From the human T2T-CHM13v2.0 reference genome, Homo sapiens, in NCBI RefSeq assembly GCF_009914755.1, contig NC_060934.1: a stretch of DNA of 64,000 nt, one strand, 5' to 3'. The notes beneath the pieces are model-generated. The model was not told the origin of the DNA, did not search any database, and worked only from the letters and a program-made list of their open reading frames with translations. The position numbers and the translations under genes were made by a program. Positions 31,575-50,372 of the stretch are shown piece by piece (position 1 is the stretch's first letter; every line of letters begins with the position of its first letter).

Positions 31575-34500
31575 TGATATTTTCATCTTAAAGCACAAAC
31601 ATAGAATGAAATCTATAGCTTCTTTTTATTTTGCCTTAGTATTATAACAATATCCTTAGTATTACAACAATATCCTTAGTATTACCATGCTAAGAATACA
31701 GAGCCTTCAGCAAAAGCCACTTTTACTTGTGAAACACCAAATTATTTAGTACAATACCTTTACTTCAATATCTGTTACATGCCTTGTTGATCAGCATCAA
31801 CCAAAGCTGCTATAGTTTTGAAGATGAGTTAAATTCATAGTAATATTATATTTGCTACCTCACTTCCAGGTAATCTCCATTTTGGCATAAATTTTTTTAA
31901 AATCTGTTTAGATCACACGTAGGCAATATGATACAAAATTCTCAGTCTTCGCCCCAGTTCACATTGTTCTATAATAAACTTTTATTAGGTGGAATAAGTT
32001 GGTAATTAGTTACTACGTAAAAGCAAAAGATCTTATTAAGAATTACATTTCTCTGATAAAGAGTGAAATTTGTTACATTTCCTTTCAAAAAATTATTTTG
32101 ATAGTTGCTTCAAATAACACACAAATGTTTGCTCTTAAAGCTAAAACCAATGTAGAAAAGTTATTTCTGAGAGATCATTAGGAAGGATTGTAGAATGGTA
32201 TTAATGGAAATAACTTCTGACTTTAGCTCTAGCTTTATCTTGTTTTGAATTATGTCTCAGGAAAATAAACTTATCTGTACCTTGGTTTCCTTGATGTAAA
32301 ATAGAAATAATAATGCTTATCCTAGATATAAACAAGAATGTTTTGACCATCAACTGTTAGGGTATAGATTTAAGTGCTTTACATTGAGATAAAGTTACTT
32401 AGGTTTGAACAGAAAAATGAGTCATCTGATATTAACAGCTGATAGATACTTAGTTCTTATTTTTTAAGACTTGGTCACAAATTTTACAACAGGATATATT
32501 AATGTTGGATAGATATGTAGTCCCTTTTTTGGATTTTGTCACAAATTTCAGAAATGGATTTTAGTTTTAAGTAACTAATAATGACTTCAATAGAGATTTA
32601 TTTTTAACATAGGTGGTAGATGTTTGCTGTACATTCAGTTATTGAGTAGTGTCAAGGCTGACATGTCTGTAATTTTCTTGACATTTCCCTTGTGGTTCCC
32701 AAGTGGTTACTATTATCTGCATTTGAGGCAGGTAAAACGGGGAAAGGGTCAGCACTGGCCTCAACTAGACCTGATACCAGGAAAGCAAAAGTGTCACAGA
32801 TTTTGTCTTAAGTCTTAATCATTCCTAATAGCAAGAGCTACTGGAAAACAGAGAAACAGGATTGTCACAATTGTCTTAATCTATATCCATTGCCTAGGGC
32901 TGGGTGTGTTGTTCCCCCAAACAAAATCAGAGTTTGGTTAGCTGGGAAAAGGGGGAAAATAGGTATCAATTGGACAATTAAAAGGATCTGGGAGAGATTT
33001 AATTTTTTCCATCAATTAGAATGTTTTCCTCTACAAATAATTAAAAAAAAATTAAAAGAGCTTAAACATGACATTTTGGGCTAGGTGATTTTTATTTTTT
33101 TAAAAAAAAGTTTGAACAATAAAGAGCATGTAGTAACACACAGGAAGTCTGTATATAAGGGGACTGTAGTTGGTTATGTGGCTCATCAAGACCCAAGTTC
33201 TTTGTCTTTTCAACTGTGACATCTCTAAATGTCAGGTTAGCCACAGTGTCACAGTGTGGCTGCTGAGAGACTAGACATCACATGCAGATGAGGTAAGCTT
33301 GAGTTGACAATGCTCAGTTAAAGAAGAGGGAAATCTGTTTGTGTCTCTTTTTAATTGATAAATCTTTCCCCATTCACTCACTTCCTCTCCCCAACAGACT
33401 TCCTTCTAATCTTAGTGGCCAAAATTCATTATATGCTCTTGTGTTAAATCACTGGCAAGGGGAATGGAACTAAAATTGTTGGATTAGACCAACGATTATC
33501 TCTGCTGAGAGTAGAGGGCTGCGCTTCCCTGAATCACGTGGAGGAGGGGCAGACCCTTAATGTGTGTGTACATGTGCACATGCCTGTTGCCAGCAAGGGA
33601 AGGAGGAGAAGAATAAGAGTATCTGTTGCTGGGTACCACATTTGTTGACCTGACATCATACATATGCTAAAATGCTCATGTTGCTATGAAATTTTCAGTT
33701 CCTTTTCAAAGGGTTCTATACCCCAGAGTTGCATCCATTTAGTACATGCAGCTACTAATCCAGGACTTCTGGCTGGTGGGAAGCCCTCTCCTTCGGGTCC
33801 AGGTGCCTCTTCATGGTCCAGCAGTGTGTGGCTAAAAGCAATTATCAGTGCACAGTATATCCAGTATCCAGTGATAAAGATGAAGTGGGATAAGTACTAT
33901 ATAAAACTTCCATTCAGAGGAAGAAAAATTGGAAACAACCTCAGTATTCACTGCTCCATAGCATGTAGATTAATGATGCTTAACCTGTTTGTCAGCCTCC
34001 AGTTTTATTTTCTGGGAGGATTTGCCTTGTCTCTGGTGTTCCTTGGCTAGTGTTTCTGTCTTCATGGTCACATCTGAGCTGGAATTAGTGGAGGATGATC
34101 TTTGTGGAGACTGAACAGCTTTAGCGGCCTGCTTTCTGTTAGTATGGAGGTCTGATTACTGGAAATTGTCCTATGGATTGAAAACTCACAGCCTGACTGA
34201 GTCAGCCTGGGATATCTTTGGCAGTACAGTTCCTGTAAAGTTGTAGTGGTCCTACATTCTGTTTGCTCTGATCTCTTTGGTTTCACTCCATTAAACACAG
34301 TTAAATATCTTGTCTTGATGTGTGTTCTGAGAATTTCTGACCTAGCCACTGGCCTCTGCTTTGCCTGTTCTCCTGGCCTTTGGTTTAGTGACCTCCGCTC
34401 TGAGGCACTCTGCTCCTTTCCCATGCTAGAAAATGACCTGCTTTATTTGGTATTGTAGCACTTACCTATGAATAAATATTAAAATAGTACCAAATGTCAG

Positions 34501-36145
34501 TATTTATTCATCTTTATTGTCTTTCTCCGTCGAAGACTGTAAGCTTTAATAGATATGGGACTGTGTTTTGTTTACTCTTCTAGTCACCCAGGGCTTAAAA
34601 CAGTGGCTACCACCGTGTACTCACTCAGTACATTTTGGTTTAATGGATGAATACAGTTAAAGTGAAAAAAGCAAGTTGCAAAGCTGCTTTCTTAGCCATA
34701 TATTTTTACACTGACCAACCCAGTAACAACAAGCACCTGTAACAACCCAGTTGTAGTATCTGATTGTCTTTTTTCACTAAGGATCTAGAACTCCTTGGAG
34801 AAATCACTGAGTTCAAGTTCGGCAGGGAAAGAGCAAGGTGATCTTGGTATTTTGGCCAGAAAGCAAGGAAAAGTTCAAAGGATTCAGTGACCAGTTTGAA
34901 TTGAATACTAATTGTAGTGGATTCAAACAAATCAAATATGTTTAAATCCACGTGTTTGTAATAACACTTAAGAAAAAAACTAGTTAGGGCTGAGGGCTGT
35001 GACTTACACCTGTACATGCCAACACTTGGGAGGCCAAGGCAGGAGGATCACTTGAGCCTCAAGAGTTTGAGAACATCCACGGCTAAACTGAGAGTCCCTT
35101 TAAAAAAAAAATAGTTTGAGACCAGCCTGGGCAACATAGAGCTGGTCTCTACAAAAAAAAAATTTTAATTAGCTGAGTGTGGTGATGTGTGCCTGTATTC
35201 CTGGCTGAGGTGGGCGGGAGAATCACTTGAGCCCGGGAGCTTGAGGCTGCAGTGAACCAATGATGACGCCACTGCACTCTAGTCTGGGCAGCAGAGCAAG
35301 ACTCTGTCTCAAAAAAAGAAAACAAAACTAGTTGGTTACTGTTAAAAGATGCTAATGAAGTCATTAATTTTGAAAACTGGTAAATAGAGGGAGAAATCAA
35401 ACATTAATCTTGCCTTTCTAACATGAACTGTGCCACCTGTATCCAATTAGTAGGTGAGGGAAAGCATCTCATAGATGTATTCCAAGTCATAAAAAAGAGA
35501 AATGATAGGATTAGATACATTATTTTATACTATGCCGATTGAATTAGTGAATCTAGACCTTAAAAACAGAGATAAGCAGGCATTTGGTTCCCTCCTGCCC
35601 ACAACATACAGAGCAGCTGCATTTCAGCGCTCAATAGACACATGTGACTTGTGGCTACCATATTGGACAGCACAGCTCTCGAGCTAATTACCATTTACAA
35701 AATCCATAGAGAACAAGAGGACATGTTAAATGATGCCAGGAGGATGTGATCAGAAATTCCAGACTGTGGTAAATACTATACTAGTAAATACCGGACAAGT
35801 TACCCAATGTCTACAAGTAAATCTCAAGGACAGGAAGAGGCAGAAGAAACTGGTAGATTAAGAGACTTGGAGACAACCAGCTTATTTGGATCCTGATTCA
35901 AGGAAACTACTAAAGTAATTTGTAATATTTATGATACAATTGGAAATTAGAAAGCAATTTATAACATTTATAATATAATTGGAAATTTGAACATTGCCTT
36001 GATGTTTGATGATATTGGTAAGGATAAGGAATTACTATTAATTTTTTTAGGTGTGATAACTGTGTTTTTTTTTTAAGTTCTTTTAGAGATACACATTGAA
36101 ATATTTACAGATAAATGGACATATCTGGTATTAGCTTCATAATTA

Positions 36146-36619
<474 letters not shown>

Positions 36620-36749
36620 TTAGATGGGCCCAAAGAGGACTTTTTGGTTTACTTGTGGGGCTCAATTTTTTTTTGGATGCTATGAGAATATATTGTTGTT
36701 TTATTTGAGTATTTTAAAAACTACTTTTAGGAAAAAAAAAAAAAAAGAC

Positions 36750-38783
<2,034 letters not shown>

Positions 38784-39149
38784 AAGCATATGATTTTTAA
38801 TGCAATAACTATATTCATGTTTCTAGAAGCTTTTTTTTGCCATTCAGTGACATTATGGATGACACTGCATGTCAGTATGTGTCGGACATGTGTCAGCATG
38901 TGTCGGAATGTATCAACCCATTTTTGATAATGGGTTCAGAACCAAGTTTGATTAATGTTAACTGATTTATGCAGTTTTTATGTTCAACTGAAATACATCT
39001 AACTATAATTTTTTATTGGCCTTCCAAAAGTGTCATAAAATAAGCCTAATCATTCACATATCCTATCAGATGTGAAAAGCCCATTTCTATGCTTTCTGGC
39101 CCTGCCGCAAAATCTTTTCTTTTCTTCTCCCTTTGATTTTCCTCCTAGA

Positions 39150-39665
39150 CCAACGTAGTATGACAGAACTTTGTTTGGTGATGGAAATTTCTATATCAGT
39201 AATTTGCAAACTATAGCCCACAAACTAAATCCAGCGCATTGCTGCATTTTGTGCTGCTCATGAGTGAAGAATGGTGTTTTTGCATTTTTAAGTGATTGAA
39301 GAAAAATCAAGGGAATATTTAATGACACATGAAAATTATATGGAATTCAAATTTTATTATCCATAAGTAATTTTATTGGAACACACTCATGTTCATTTTT
39401 TTACATGTTGTCTGGCTGATTTTGCATTGTGTCGGCAGAATTGAATAGTTGTGACAGAGACCTTGGGGCCCACAAAACCAATACCTGTTTTCTATATCTC
39501 TGCTGTCTTGTGTGATAGCTACTAGCCAAATGTGGCTTTTGAGCACTTGAGTTGTGACTAGTGTGGGTGAGAAACTGATTTTTAATTTTACTTCATTTTA
39601 ATTCGTCTACATTTTAAGTCACATGTGGCTAGTGGCTACCATATGGGACAGCACAGTTGTAGACA
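39150..39665. mobile_element. MER58-like hAT element inside a MER3/MER33-like element
   Basis: GCAAACTATAGCCCAC...GGCCCACAAAACC (MER58); ACATGTGGCTAGTGGCTACCATATGGGACAGCACAG (MER3-type end). Confidence 0.65.
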
Positions 39666-41003
39666 TGCCACCTTTTCCCTAGTTCTTGCTTCCTTGTACT
39701 TGACTTTCCTTCTGCTGATGTCTTCCTGGTTTCTATTTAATTAATGATGCAGACTGTTGTTGCAGAATTCATTAGGCTACCATTGCTGATTATCTCATAT
39801 GTATAGTGCATCAGTAGCCCATTGGTCTCACCAACCGTTTGCCATCTGAGTTCTGTTGTAGACATTCTATCTTAAGGTTGCGGCAGAGGGCATTTATTTG
39901 CTGTAGAAAAAGGAAGCCAATAAATTATTGGGAAAATATGAAAAATTACTTAGCCAGGAATAAAAATCTAGTAAAATCATTGATGCCAAAAATTGCTGTT
40001 GATGACAAGGACCTGTAAATGTGCCTGTGTATGGTCATGTGTCTCTTGTAACTGTTTGTCTCTTTGTATGTATATGTTTTCATTTTTTCCTGAGATGTTA
40101 TACTTAAACATGTAAGCTATTAAATATTTTGTGTGTGTTTGTTTTGAAATATAACCTATACCCCCAGTCCACCCCAGGGCTCGTAGTTTATTCTTTGTAA
40201 ATACACGGGACTTGTGGGTGGCGAGAGATTGACATGTTCAGAACTGACAGAAGGCCATGTGCCAAGTAAAGTGATGATGGTGAGGCCTGCAGGACCCAGA
40301 TCCTGTTGGGCCCTGGGAGCACACAGTGGAGGTTGGATTTTATTCTGAGTGCATTGTGGAGCCATTGATTGGTTTTATATAGGAGTGACAGATTTGTGTT
40401 TATAAAATGTCTCTGGCTGCTCTGTGGAAAATGGATTGCAGGGACCAAGAGCAGAAGCAGAGGGAACAGTTGGAGACTTCTTACCTTAGTAGAGGCATGA
40501 TGTGATGGGCCTTGGTGACAACAGCGGAGTTGGAGAAAAATGAAAACAATTGACATACATTTTGGAGGTTGAGCCAAAAGACTTTGGTAAGACCAGGTTT
40601 GAGGCAAATCAAGAGTTCATTTAAGACAAGTCAGTCAGGAGATGTCTAAGCAGGTCATGGCTAGAGGGGGTACATCCAGGAACCATCAACAGAGTGGGCG
40701 CTGTCCCCTAGGGAGAGCACAGAGAGGCTCTTTCCTGTTACTTTTCTTTGTATTCAATATCTGCTTGGTGAAATCTTGCAAGTTTTTAAGATGTAGCTTA
40801 GATTTCATTACTTTTGACACCTAAGATCAGTTTGAGTTTGACACCTAGGATGAGCCTTTTCCTTTGTTTACATGTAAACACCTCCGTATTTTGTCACTTT
40901 TTTTTTTTTTTTTTTTGAGATGGATTTTCGCTCTTGTCGCCCAGGCTGAAGTGCAATGGCTTGATCTCTGTTCACTGCAACCTCCACCTCCCAGGTCAAG
41001 TGA

Positions 41004-41318
<315 letters not shown>

Positions 41319-42367
41319 TAGCATTTAATACCTTGCCTGCACATAATAGACCCCTACTAAGTATTCTGTTGAATATTTGGCAATAACATAAGCTCCAGAT
41401 ACAACTACTGTAATTGAGTTTTTTGTCTCATGAATTCAAATAGTATTCTAGGAAGTTTCATATAACTTTGAGTTTTTTCATGTATCAGTGATCTTTTAGT
41501 GTTCTGATCTTTGTTATTAGTAACATCTTCATTTGTATACTATTTTACATGTAGTTAAGCACTTTAGTAAATATTCATTTGATCTACCTATAACCTCTTG
41601 ATTTGAATTAGGCAGGAATTATTATCCCCATTTTCTATAGATAGCTGAGGTTCAGAGAGTAACTTATCTGTGCCCGTAACTGCGACTTGAACCCTTCACT
41701 TCTTGCTGTTATCTCAAGTGATATTTCTGCCACACTAAACTGCTTTTTCTGTGTCACTAGATTTTTGAAAAATCAGTTGCTGTGATATATTATATACTGT
41801 TTGTTTTCCAGAGCTGAATTGATACGTGTCTTCTGTTAATGTAATAGGATTTTAAAGCTGGTCAGGTTCCCTCACCTGTCCTCTAGTCCTGTAGCCTTAT
41901 AGAGTAAATGAAGCCTGGAAAGGTGACATGGCTTGCCCAAGACCATCCAGCTAGGTAAAGCGGGGTAGGCCCATGGCAAAACAGAATCCCAGTCTCCTCA
42001 TTTCCTGCTCAGTGGATTTCTTCCCTTCCTGTACCTCCTGCTTCCCCCACCCCATCTTTTACAGTTGATGTTTCTAACATAAAGGAGGTCTTTCCGCTTT
42101 GTAGCAATCAGATCCAACGGAAGCCTTGACATTATATTACGGAATTTATTTCTGAAAGGAGAGTGGTGTGGGGGGCGCGGGGATGAGTAATATATGTATG
42201 TACACAAACTTCCAGCTTTTTTTTTTTTTTTTTAAGTGTTTTCTCTCCTGGCCGGGCACGGTGGCTCATGCCTGTAATCCCAGCACTTTGGGAGACTGAG
42301 GCAAGTGGATCACTTGAGGTCAGGAGTTTGAGACCAGCCTGGCCAACATGGTGAAACCCTGTCTCTA

Positions 42368-42550
<183 letters not shown>

Positions 42551-42563
42551 CTATACTCATTCA

Positions 42564-42920
<357 letters not shown>

Positions 42921-43636
42921 TTATTGAAACTGAAGGCATGTAATCATCAAAACACTATTTAGCAGCACTTTTTCTGTTACCTGTGTGTGCATATGTGATA
43001 TTTTTTGTCTTTTCAGTAGTTTATCTCATCAGTATGGTAAATGTAAAATCAAGTCTGTGTTGTGTCTTGAACCACTTATTTAACATTCATAATGAAATAC
43101 ATATACACTTGTCTGTTTGGTTCCACCTTTCATTCCCTTGAGAGTAACCCACAAAGAATGGCCTAGCTGAGTCAGAGAGAGGAAGTAATTACTAGAACAG
43201 TTTTTTTAGTTCCGTTCTGCTTCCAGCCTGAAAGATTTAGTACCAAATATGACAGTATCTGTCACTGCAGGCTGCTAGACTCTAGTGTAAGAACATAGTT
43301 CTATTTCTGTGAGCTAACTGCTGCCCTTCTATAACCTTCAGTTTCTGCCAGCATCGTCTGCATTCAAACCAATGACCTCGAGGTGAAAATCTCCAGATAA
43401 CATGATTGGTCCCCATGCTCTCATGATTTCCTTACTTAAGCAATTAAAGGCCAAAGCAAGATGCTTAGTAACTCCTTTTCCACATAAAGGCACAAATAAA
43501 GGAAAGCTGGTCACAAGTTTTGAACCAAAGAGTTAAAAGAAGAATCATAACTTGTCTCTATTTAATGATTGGAAACTCTCACAGACTTCTGTGAAGTCTC
43601 TCCCCCTTTTGTACCTTTCTTACAAGTGATGACTAT

Positions 43637-43801
43637 ATACTTTTACCTGGCAGGGGAGAGACCACGGTCACGAAGGTGGTTTTCCCAGGGCGAGGCTTAT
43701 TCATTGCACTCCAGATGTGCTGACCCCTGCGATTTCCCCAAATGTGGGAAACTCAACTGCATAATTGTGGTGGTGGGGGACTGCGTTCATGCTTTTCCCT
43801 G
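43637..43801 (+). pseudogene. RNU1-19P: Full-length U1 snRNA processed pseudogene
   Basis: ATACTTTTACCTGGCAGGGGAGA...GTGGGGGACTGCGTTC...CCCTG aligns to U1 end to end; decayed A-rich tail; degenerate TSD acaagtgatgactatat / acaagatttgactgtat. Symbol from memory of the locus. Confidence 0.93.
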
Positions 43802-44129
43802 GTTAAATTAAAAAATTTTTAAGTTATTTTAAAAATATAAAAAACAAGATTTGACTGTATTCTGCCTTGCGCCACTCTTGTTTGTCTTTCACTAGTGCAA
43901 AAATTGTGATATAGCTGTCTTCATGTACCCCGCAATACCTGGTGCAGTAATTCTGTGCATAATAATGTATGTCTGTTTGTTGTATGAATGAAATTTATAT
44001 TTCTAAAGAAACATGCTGGCTACAATTATTGTGATAAGAAAGCTTAACAACTTTTTCTCATTGAAAATTGTCACGAAACAATGAGCTTTTCAGAAATGAT
44101 TTACTTACAAATTCCATATTTGAATGCAG

Positions 44130-44292
44130 GACAGAATCTGGATAGTATGCTTCATGGCACTGGGATGAAATCAGACTCCGACCAGAAAAAGTCAGAAAAT
44201 GGAGTAACCTTAGCACCAGAGGATACCTTGCCTTTTTTAAAGTGCTATTGCTCAGGGCACTGTCCAGATGATGCTATTAATAACACATGCAT
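44130..44292 (+). CDS. BMPR1A: BMPR1A exon 4: (G)[53 protein letters not shown](I)
   Basis: atgcag|GACAG acceptor and AT|gtaagt donor; 163 nt; phase fits the neighbouring exons; visible in ORF 44081..44296. Confidence 0.98.
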
Positions 44293-46156
44293 GTAAGTAT
44301 TTTATGCAGCCCTTCTTAAGAGTTAGGAGAATAGAGTTGCATTTAGTGCTATTTTAAGAATTATTAAACTTGTCTGCGGTTTTTTTTTCATTCATATATA
44401 GTATCTTTCCAGAAAGCCAAAAAGCCTTTTGTTTTGTATATTAGAACATTATTCCATTAAATGATTGATAGGTGAGTTACTATATTAGAATTATGTTATA
44501 ATGCAGCTTTTAAAATAAGATCAAAGGGATCTAGTATTTAACATCTGAGTTTTTAATGATCTTTTAATCTTAAATTTATTGATGCTCATTTTAGAAAACT
44601 TAGAGGTTACCAAAAAAGAAATCAGAAAACTCACTGACAACCTCCTACTTCTTTTTAATTTAAAAAAAAATTTTTTTTTTAACTATAGACAGGATCTTGC
44701 TATGTTGCCCAGGCTGGTCTCAAACTCCTGGGCTCAAGCAGTCCTTCCACCTCAGCCTCCCAAAGTGCTGGGATTACTAGGGTGAGCTGCCACACCTGGC
44801 CTCCTACTTCTTAATTAGTTGAAATATTTTGCAGATATATATAAATCATATTGTGTTAATTAATTTTATGCTTTTTTCTTACCTGTGAATTTACCAATCC
44901 AAATCTGATTTATAAAATGATTTTAATTTTTCTAGTGTATTTCGTGTTAGCTGCACAACATGTTTATATATGATCATGTAATTCTAGTCCATATTTGTTG
45001 GAAACATTGACATATTGACTTAATAAGACCAAAAAAAATTGCCTGAACAACTCAACCTCATCAGTCAATTAATTGTCTCCTTGTTATAGAGGCAATAATG
45101 AATGTCATGTTTTATACTTTTAATAATTGTATGTTCCCTGAATGGACCAGATAGAAAGCATGAAACTTTACACGTAAACTCTTGAACCTGCATGACGGTC
45201 ATCGTGTCTTAGGTTTGCTGCTTGTCCCCTGGTGGTGGTGGGCTCTGCGTGGCTGACTGTGACTAGTTGTTCATTTTTACCTTGGTGAGAGTTTGCCAGC
45301 AGGGAACTGCTCTCTGCTATGTCACCAAATAATGTTTTGCTAAACTTCTTGTCTGTAGTACCTGCCTGATGTAATGGGCTGTCTGTTAGTAGCTTAGTAA
45401 CCCAGAGTAAAACTGAATCATCCATTTTAACAGAATTCTGCCCCACACTTAACATTTTCTCCTAACAGAAAACCAAGAATTCTGCAAAATTCTTCTAAGT
45501 AGAAGCAGCACAATTCCTGATATTAACAATAAATAGGAGTACAGAAAAAGCTTTTAGAAATTTCTCCCATACCTGTTAAAGTCTATATGAATATATTAAG
45601 GGGAAACTCCAGGATGCTAACACTAAAATAAGAATTTCATTATATATGTATGTAAATTTATTGAAAATTTATTCAAAAGTCCTCTCCCTGTTTTCCCATC
45701 ATATTCAGTAAAAGGTGCCTTTTAGTCCCCTTTTTTTTGGTCATTAAGCCTATTTGTATGTTTCAGAGAAAAGTTTGTTTTTATCTATTATCATATACAA
45801 TATGGAAGTACTGAAAAAATGGGTAAAAAGAGACAAAGTTATTTTAAAGTATGTTTTCAAAACATGACATAAAATTTTATAAATCAGCTTTCTGTGATCA
45901 CATGACTGATTAGCAAAGAGAAGTCACATAACTCCTATGTGGAGGACTTGTTTAATTGAAATCCTTTTCTTCTTGACAAAGGGTTGTCACTGGCCTTTTA
46001 GATCTTGGCTCAGACATAACTTTCATTTGTCTTAAAACCTCTGGCGTTGCCAATAAATCACGTGTGAATGCAATTCTAAGTCACAAAACAAAGTATTAAA
46101 GGCCATCTGTACCTGTTCACATTCAGACTCAAATTTCGTTAGTACTTTCTATGTGA

Positions 46157-46474
<318 letters not shown>

Positions 46475-47668
46475 TAAATCATTTCTGAAAAGCTAATTGT
46501 TTGATTACAATTTCCTTTTTTATTTCCATAGACAGCACCTGGCTCTGTTGCCCAGGCTGGAGTGCAGTGCTGCGATCTCCGCTCACTGCAACCTCAAGCC
46601 AGCCTCCTGCCTCAGCCTTCTGAATAGCTGAGACTACAGGTGCATGCCACTATACCTGGCTAATTTTTGTATTTTTTGTAGAGACAAGGTTTTACCATGT
46701 TGCCCAGGCTGGTCTCAAACTCCTGGGCTCAAGCAGTCTGCCCGCATCGGCCCGCAAAGTGCTGGGATTACAGGTGTGAGCCACTGTGCCCAGCCTGATT
46801 ACAGTTTTCTTTGTTCTCTACTTGGGAGGCTGAGGCAGAAGAATTGCTTGAGCCGGGGAGGCCAAGGTTGCAGTTAGCCGAGATCGTTCCACGGTACTGC
46901 AGCCTGGGCCACAGAGCAAGACCCTGTCTCAAAAAAAAAAAAAAAAAAATTCTTTTTTCTTTTTTTAAATTTTAACCGTCTTTGGCTACTGATTACAATT
47001 TTCAATGAGAAAAAGTTTCTAAACTTTCTTATCACAATAATTGCAGCTAACGTTTCTTTAAAAATAAAAATTTTATTCAAGTAATATGATTATGGTAATT
47101 TAAGTTCCAGGTTATTTTACCTTAAAAAAAGTTTTAAATCATCCTAGGTTGTCATGACTGCAAAAAAATTATATTGTCACACTTATTTGTAGATTATAAA
47201 ATTTACTGAGAAGACTTTTAAGATAGTGGCAGTAACCTTTGTATCACTCTGAGACAACTTAGAAATGTTAAAGATATACTGCAAACTCTAGGGTAACCAC
47301 TAAAGTTGAAAAAAAAATGTTAAGGCCTTGTAAGGAGGTGTCAGTGGAGCTCTTTAAAAGCAGCAGCAAAGGAATCAGGATGGTAATAGTTTATGAGCAT
47401 CCTGATGGCTCTGGGTTATAAACCTGATCTCTTCAAAATTCTGCATAGTGATTTTGTCCCAGGAGATCCTTCCAGTGTTTCTGAAAACCAGCTCCAGATA
47501 GAATTGTTTGTGCATAATTTAAGTCTCAGCTATGTTAGAAAATTGTTCCTATTATTTGGAAATTCTCAGGATGGAGGCCGGGCGCGGTGGCTCACGCCTG
47601 TAATCCCAGCACTTTGGGAAGCCGAGGCGGGTGGATCACGAGGTCTGGAGATCAAGACCATCCGGCTA

Positions 47669-47911
<243 letters not shown>

Positions 47912-49463
47912 TCAACCTCTCAGCTAATGTTTGGAATCACCCTTGTTGCAAATGACTGCAAATCTATCTTCCTTTCTGACTCTTTGGACCATAGAGAACA
48001 AACCTAATCTCTCTTTAAGATGACAGCCCTTTACTAAGTAAAAAAAGTGCTTCATCCTACTAGTCTTTGCCCAGTGAAAATAATTGTCCATAATGACCTC
48101 AACTGCTCCTTATATGATCAGCTTTAGAGTTATTCAGTCTCCGCTTCCTCAGTGTAATATGCAGAATTGAGTGTGATATGACCAAGGAAAAAAGTAGAGA
48201 ATAAATAGCCCTGTTCCCTTTTTCTAAACATAGTCTTGTGTTAGATATTTGGCAGTCATGCCATATTCTTGAACCATTGAGCCTTCTGTCCGCTGAAGTC
48301 CCTATGCTACTCACTCATGCTGCTGCTAAGCCACATCTCCTCCACTCTTCATTGGTGCTGTTGGTTTCTTCACACAAATAAGTAGATGGGAATGGAATGA
48401 GGTTTTCCTATACAGTTGTTACATACTTGTCTTTATGAATTTTATCGTATAAGCATTAATCCTTTGCTCTAATTTGTTGGGATTTAAAGGATGCTAATTT
48501 CGTTGTTCCAGTTTTAGGCTATTTGCGTATTTATCAAGCACACATACTATACATTTTTTAATCACTTAAAAAATTGAAGAAAGAGCTATGGTTAGGGTAC
48601 TGAGCCCAGCAGTAATAACCAGTGTTCAACAGGCCCCTAGTGTAGGCCTGTCCTAAGCTGAATTCACCATTATAAGTTAGTTGTTAAACTTGACAAGCTG
48701 TTCAAATCTATATACTATATATGTGAACCTTCGGACAAGGTGCTCTGCTCTCGTTTTCTCATCCATGAAGGAATTACTATGAGGATCAAATGAGATACAT
48801 GTAAATAGTTTAGCACAATTAGCACATAGTAAGGGCTTAATAGATGTTAGCTTTGACCATATTGATTCTTTAATAGAGCAGTCTTCATGCTGTTACCCAT
48901 ATCCCTGGGTACACTCAGACTGTGTTATACAAGGGTAACGGGCACGTTGATAGTTTTAAGGGAATCAGTTTTTGGATCCTAAACTTCAGTAGGTCCTGTT
49001 GCTGAATATTTCTCTGCCTGAGAACAGAACTTCTCAAGCAGTTCTCTTTCCCTTAGTCACTTTTCATAGTCAACCCCTCCTAGTTTACAAATAGAAGGCC
49101 TGAGGTGTAAAACTTCAAGGTTCCAAACGGTGTTGTAATTCGAAGTAAAGGCATCAGTGTAGGCTATGTCGGGATATCAAATAAGTGTTTACATGACAGA
49201 TGGTTTTCAATTGTTTGCTTTCAACCAAGTTGCTGGATCATTGAAAATAATTTTCGATGATAGGATCTTTATGGCACTTTTAGCATATGCTTTGGAAGGA
49301 CTTTAAACAATTATGGGCTGATCGTGGTGGCACGGTGGCCCCAGCCTGTAATCCCAGCACTTTGGGAGGCCGAGGCGAGCAGATCATCTGAGGTCAGGAC
49401 TTAGAGACCAGCCTGATCAACATGGCGACACCCCGTCTCTACTGATAATACAAAACTTAGTCA

Positions 49464-49754
<291 letters not shown>

Positions 49755-49803
49755 TCATGAATTCGTGAACTGATTTGTTTCAAAAGTCCCATCCATATCA
49801 TTA

Positions 49804-50372
<569 letters not shown>

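Noticed and set aside
31635-31685. 20-bp tandem repeat (CCTTAGTATTAYAACAATAT, about 2.5 copies)
   Set aside because: Ordinary slippage duplication with no functional cue; similar small duplications at ~50597-50630 and ~50971-51004
33664-34458. ORFs of 128, 118 and 70 aa in non-Alu sequence
   Set aside because: No recognisable domain or splice support; region looks like degraded MaLR-type sequence
43637-43801. Functional variant U1 gene
   Set aside because: A-rich tail and TSD indicate retroposition; no recognisable PSE or 3' box; Sm site damaged
44081-44129. In-frame upstream ATG extension of exon 4 ([16 protein letters not shown])
   Set aside because: Intronic sequence open by chance; not signal-peptide-like and no promoter evidence
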